Shown piece after piece: positions 62,537 to 64,000 of a stretch of DNA of 64,000 nucleotides. Each line of letters opens with the position of its first letter. Position 1 is the first letter of the stretch. The notes under the pieces were generated by a model. That model did not search any database. It was given only the letters and a program-made list of their open reading frames with translations, and was not told the DNA's origin. Made by a program: the position numbers and the translations under genes. The DNA comes from Candidatus Cloacimonadota bacterium (GTDB lineage Bacteria; Muiribacteriota; UBA6191). The stretch is taken from contig JAGSHD010000001.1 of NCBI GenBank assembly GCA_023954715.1, positions 364,468 to 428,467 of the forward strand. The letters are read 5' to 3'.

Positions 62537-63982
62537 TTACGCTAGCTCCTTAATCCATTCACTGAACTCTTGTAATTTAGCTTTATCTTGATCCTCGATA
62601 GAGATCAACTTACTCCAGTTTTCATCACTTACGCTACCAGGTAAGTTAATACGAATTCCTTTTGCTAAGATATCCTGAAGTGGGATAATCACATAATCAC
62701 TGTTAGAAGCAATTAGTCTTTTTATACTTCGCTTACGGATTTCTTCGAGTGTAAAACGTTCATTAGCTTTTATGCCGAGGTATGTTCCTAGCTCATAGAC
62801 TTGTTCATCACTTAAGTTTTCTAGAAACTCCCAGTATGACTCCGAATCATGAGTTGAAGTACAAGCCAGTGTAGACTTTGGATAATTTTCAATAAAACGA
62901 TAGTTATCCGCTTTATATTCGCCCCAACCAAACAAAAATACTTTATAGCCAGGTAACTTGATTTTTTTCATCCAAGCTTCAACTTCTTCTGGGATATCAC
63001 CTAAATCTTCACCAATCAACTCCATACCAGTCTCTCTTAAAGATTTAAACAAAGGAGCACCAGGTCCAGGAGTCCAATCTTCAACATCTTTAGGCAATGC
63101 TCCATCTGGAACTTCCCAATAAGAATAAAGTCCTCTAACATGATCGATTCTGACTAAATCAAAAAACTCTTTCATCCATGTCATCCGCTCTTTCCACCAA
63201 AGAAACTTATCTTTTTTCATTTCTTTCCAGTCATAAATCGGGTTTCCCCAATCTTGACCGTCTTCTGAGTACATATCTGGTGGAACACCGGCATGGACAC
63301 CTTTTTTAAACAACTCTGGCCTTGACCAATAGTCACAAGAATTTTTTGATACATATAAGGGAAGATCACCCATCAATTTGATGTCTTTTTCACCAGCATA
63401 TATTTTAAGGTCTTTCCATTGTGTGAAAACAATCCATTGGAGATAGGCAAAAAAATCAACTTCATCTTGATTATCTTTGTACCATGACTGTCCACCTATC
63501 AATGTTTGTAGCTCCTCATCCCAATCCCAAAATGCCTTTTTATTTTTGTTCATGAGACAGTGAAAAATTTTATATGGATCTAACCACTTCTGATAATCTT
63601 TTTTAAACTTTGCAAATTGGTTTTTTTGTAGTTTACTCGCATGATCCAAAAATCCTTGCCAACTTTTAGAAAAGCAATCGAATTTAATTCGATAAGCTGC
63701 TTCATAATCAACTTTATCTATTGTAACTGCCTTTTCAATATTTTTATCTATAAAAGGTAAGCGATCTAAAGATATATATAAGGGATTAATAGCAAACGAA
63801 GAGATACTAGAATAAGGACTTGTTTCACCTTCAGATACTGCATTCATTGGTAGAAGCTGAATAATTTTAACACCTAAGCGTCCCATTCTATCTACAAATT
63901 TATACAAAGAATCGATATCACCAATTCCGTATTCACCAGGTAATGAAAATAATGGTACTAAAACGCCAACTTGCTTGCTCAC
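62537..63982 (-). CDS. malQ: 4-alpha-glucanotransferase (amylomaltase)
   Basis: 481 aa. The N-terminus GVLVPLFSLPGEYGIGDI and the GH77 catalytic blocks (LIGEDLG, DHVRGL) are present. Confidence 0.85.
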   Translation of the reverse strand: MSKQVGVLVPLFSLPGEYGIGDIDSLYKFVDRMGRLGVKIIQLLPMNAVSEGETSPYSSISSFAINPLYISLDRLPFIDKNIEKAVTIDKVDYEAAYRIKFDCFSKSWQGFLDHASKLQKNQFAKFKKDYQKWLDPYKIFHCLMNKNKKAFWDWDEELQTLIGGQSWYKDNQDEVDFFAYLQWIVFTQWKDLKIYAGEKDIKLMGDLPLYVSKNSCDYWSRPELFKKGVHAGVPPDMYSEDGQDWGNPIYDWKEMKKDKFLWWKERMTWMKEFFDLVRIDHVRGLYSYWEVPDGALPKDVEDWTPGPGAPLFKSLRETGMELIGEDLGDIPEEVEAWMKKIKLPGYKVFLFGWGEYKADNYRFIENYPKSTLACTSTHDSESYWEFLENLSDEQVYELGTYLGIKANERFTLEEIRKRSIKRLIASNSDYVIIPLQDILAKGIRINLPGSVSDENWSKLISIEDQDKAKLQEFSEWIKELA

Positions 63983-64000
63983 TATAGGTCCTTCGTTAAG

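Noticed and set aside
1-64000. CRISPR arrays, tRNA or rRNA genes
   Set aside because: No regularly spaced 25-40-bp direct repeats were found. No GTTCGAATC-type T-arm motifs in a cloverleaf context were found in any intergenic region examined.

Overview
The window is AT-rich (about 35% GC by eye), gene-dense, bacterial, and most consistent with a Gram-negative chromosome. I found no rRNA, tRNA or CRISPR array.

Recognisable content, in order:
- The 3' end of a histidine-utilisation operon, hutF (partial) and hutG.
- A TPR protein, an FGE/SUMF1-family protein, a GST-family protein, and a methyl-accepting chemotaxis protein.
- A secreted 2H-phosphoesterase-like protein, an AstE/AspA-family hydrolase, and an ICMT-family methyltransferase.
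- A type IA topoisomerase III with a histone-H1-like lysine-rich C-terminal tail.
- rsmE, a LysR-type regulator, and a single-domain CheY-like receiver.
- A K+-dependent-type membrane pyrophosphatase (hppA) with a clean intrinsic terminator.
- A MarR-HTH/GNAT acetyltransferase.
- A two-component pair (histidine kinase plus a REC-Fis regulator).
- A Cus/Czc-like heavy-metal efflux cluster: a YHS-domain Cys-rich protein, an outer-membrane factor, a CusB-like protein and a CusA-like protein.
- An ABC-F ATPase, Obg, an outer-membrane beta-barrel protein, a class I/II aminotransferase, and a REC-domain protein with a C-terminal membrane anchor.
- A methyltransferase–GST pair, endonuclease I, alanine racemase, RNase HI, a CvpA-like protein and 4-alpha-glucanotransferase.
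- Many orphan hypothetical proteins.

The gene set (Na+/H+-PPase, secreted nucleases and hydrolases, MCP, lysine-rich tails) loosely fits a Bdellovibrio-like predatory lineage such as Bacteriovoracaceae; that is inference only.

The most notable find is a previously undescribed family of MITE-like elements with four same-orientation copies. Three are 227 bp and one is an internally deleted 133-bp copy. They carry 12-bp terminal inverted repeats (GTAACTATTCAG / CTGAATAATTAC). Two copies have perfect 8-bp target-site duplications. Each contains an internal TATAAT box and a conserved palindrome.

Two of the copies bracket a 384-aa orphan gene; one of their terminal repeats supplies that gene's stop codon. 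The element also caused false N-termini in two six-frame ORF calls.

Second, an (AT)10 dinucleotide tract splits a large, very AT-rich polytopic membrane-protein gene into two reading frames. A one-unit contraction would fuse them. This is a candidate slipped-strand phase-variable locus or a pseudogene, and it lies divergent from the two-component system.
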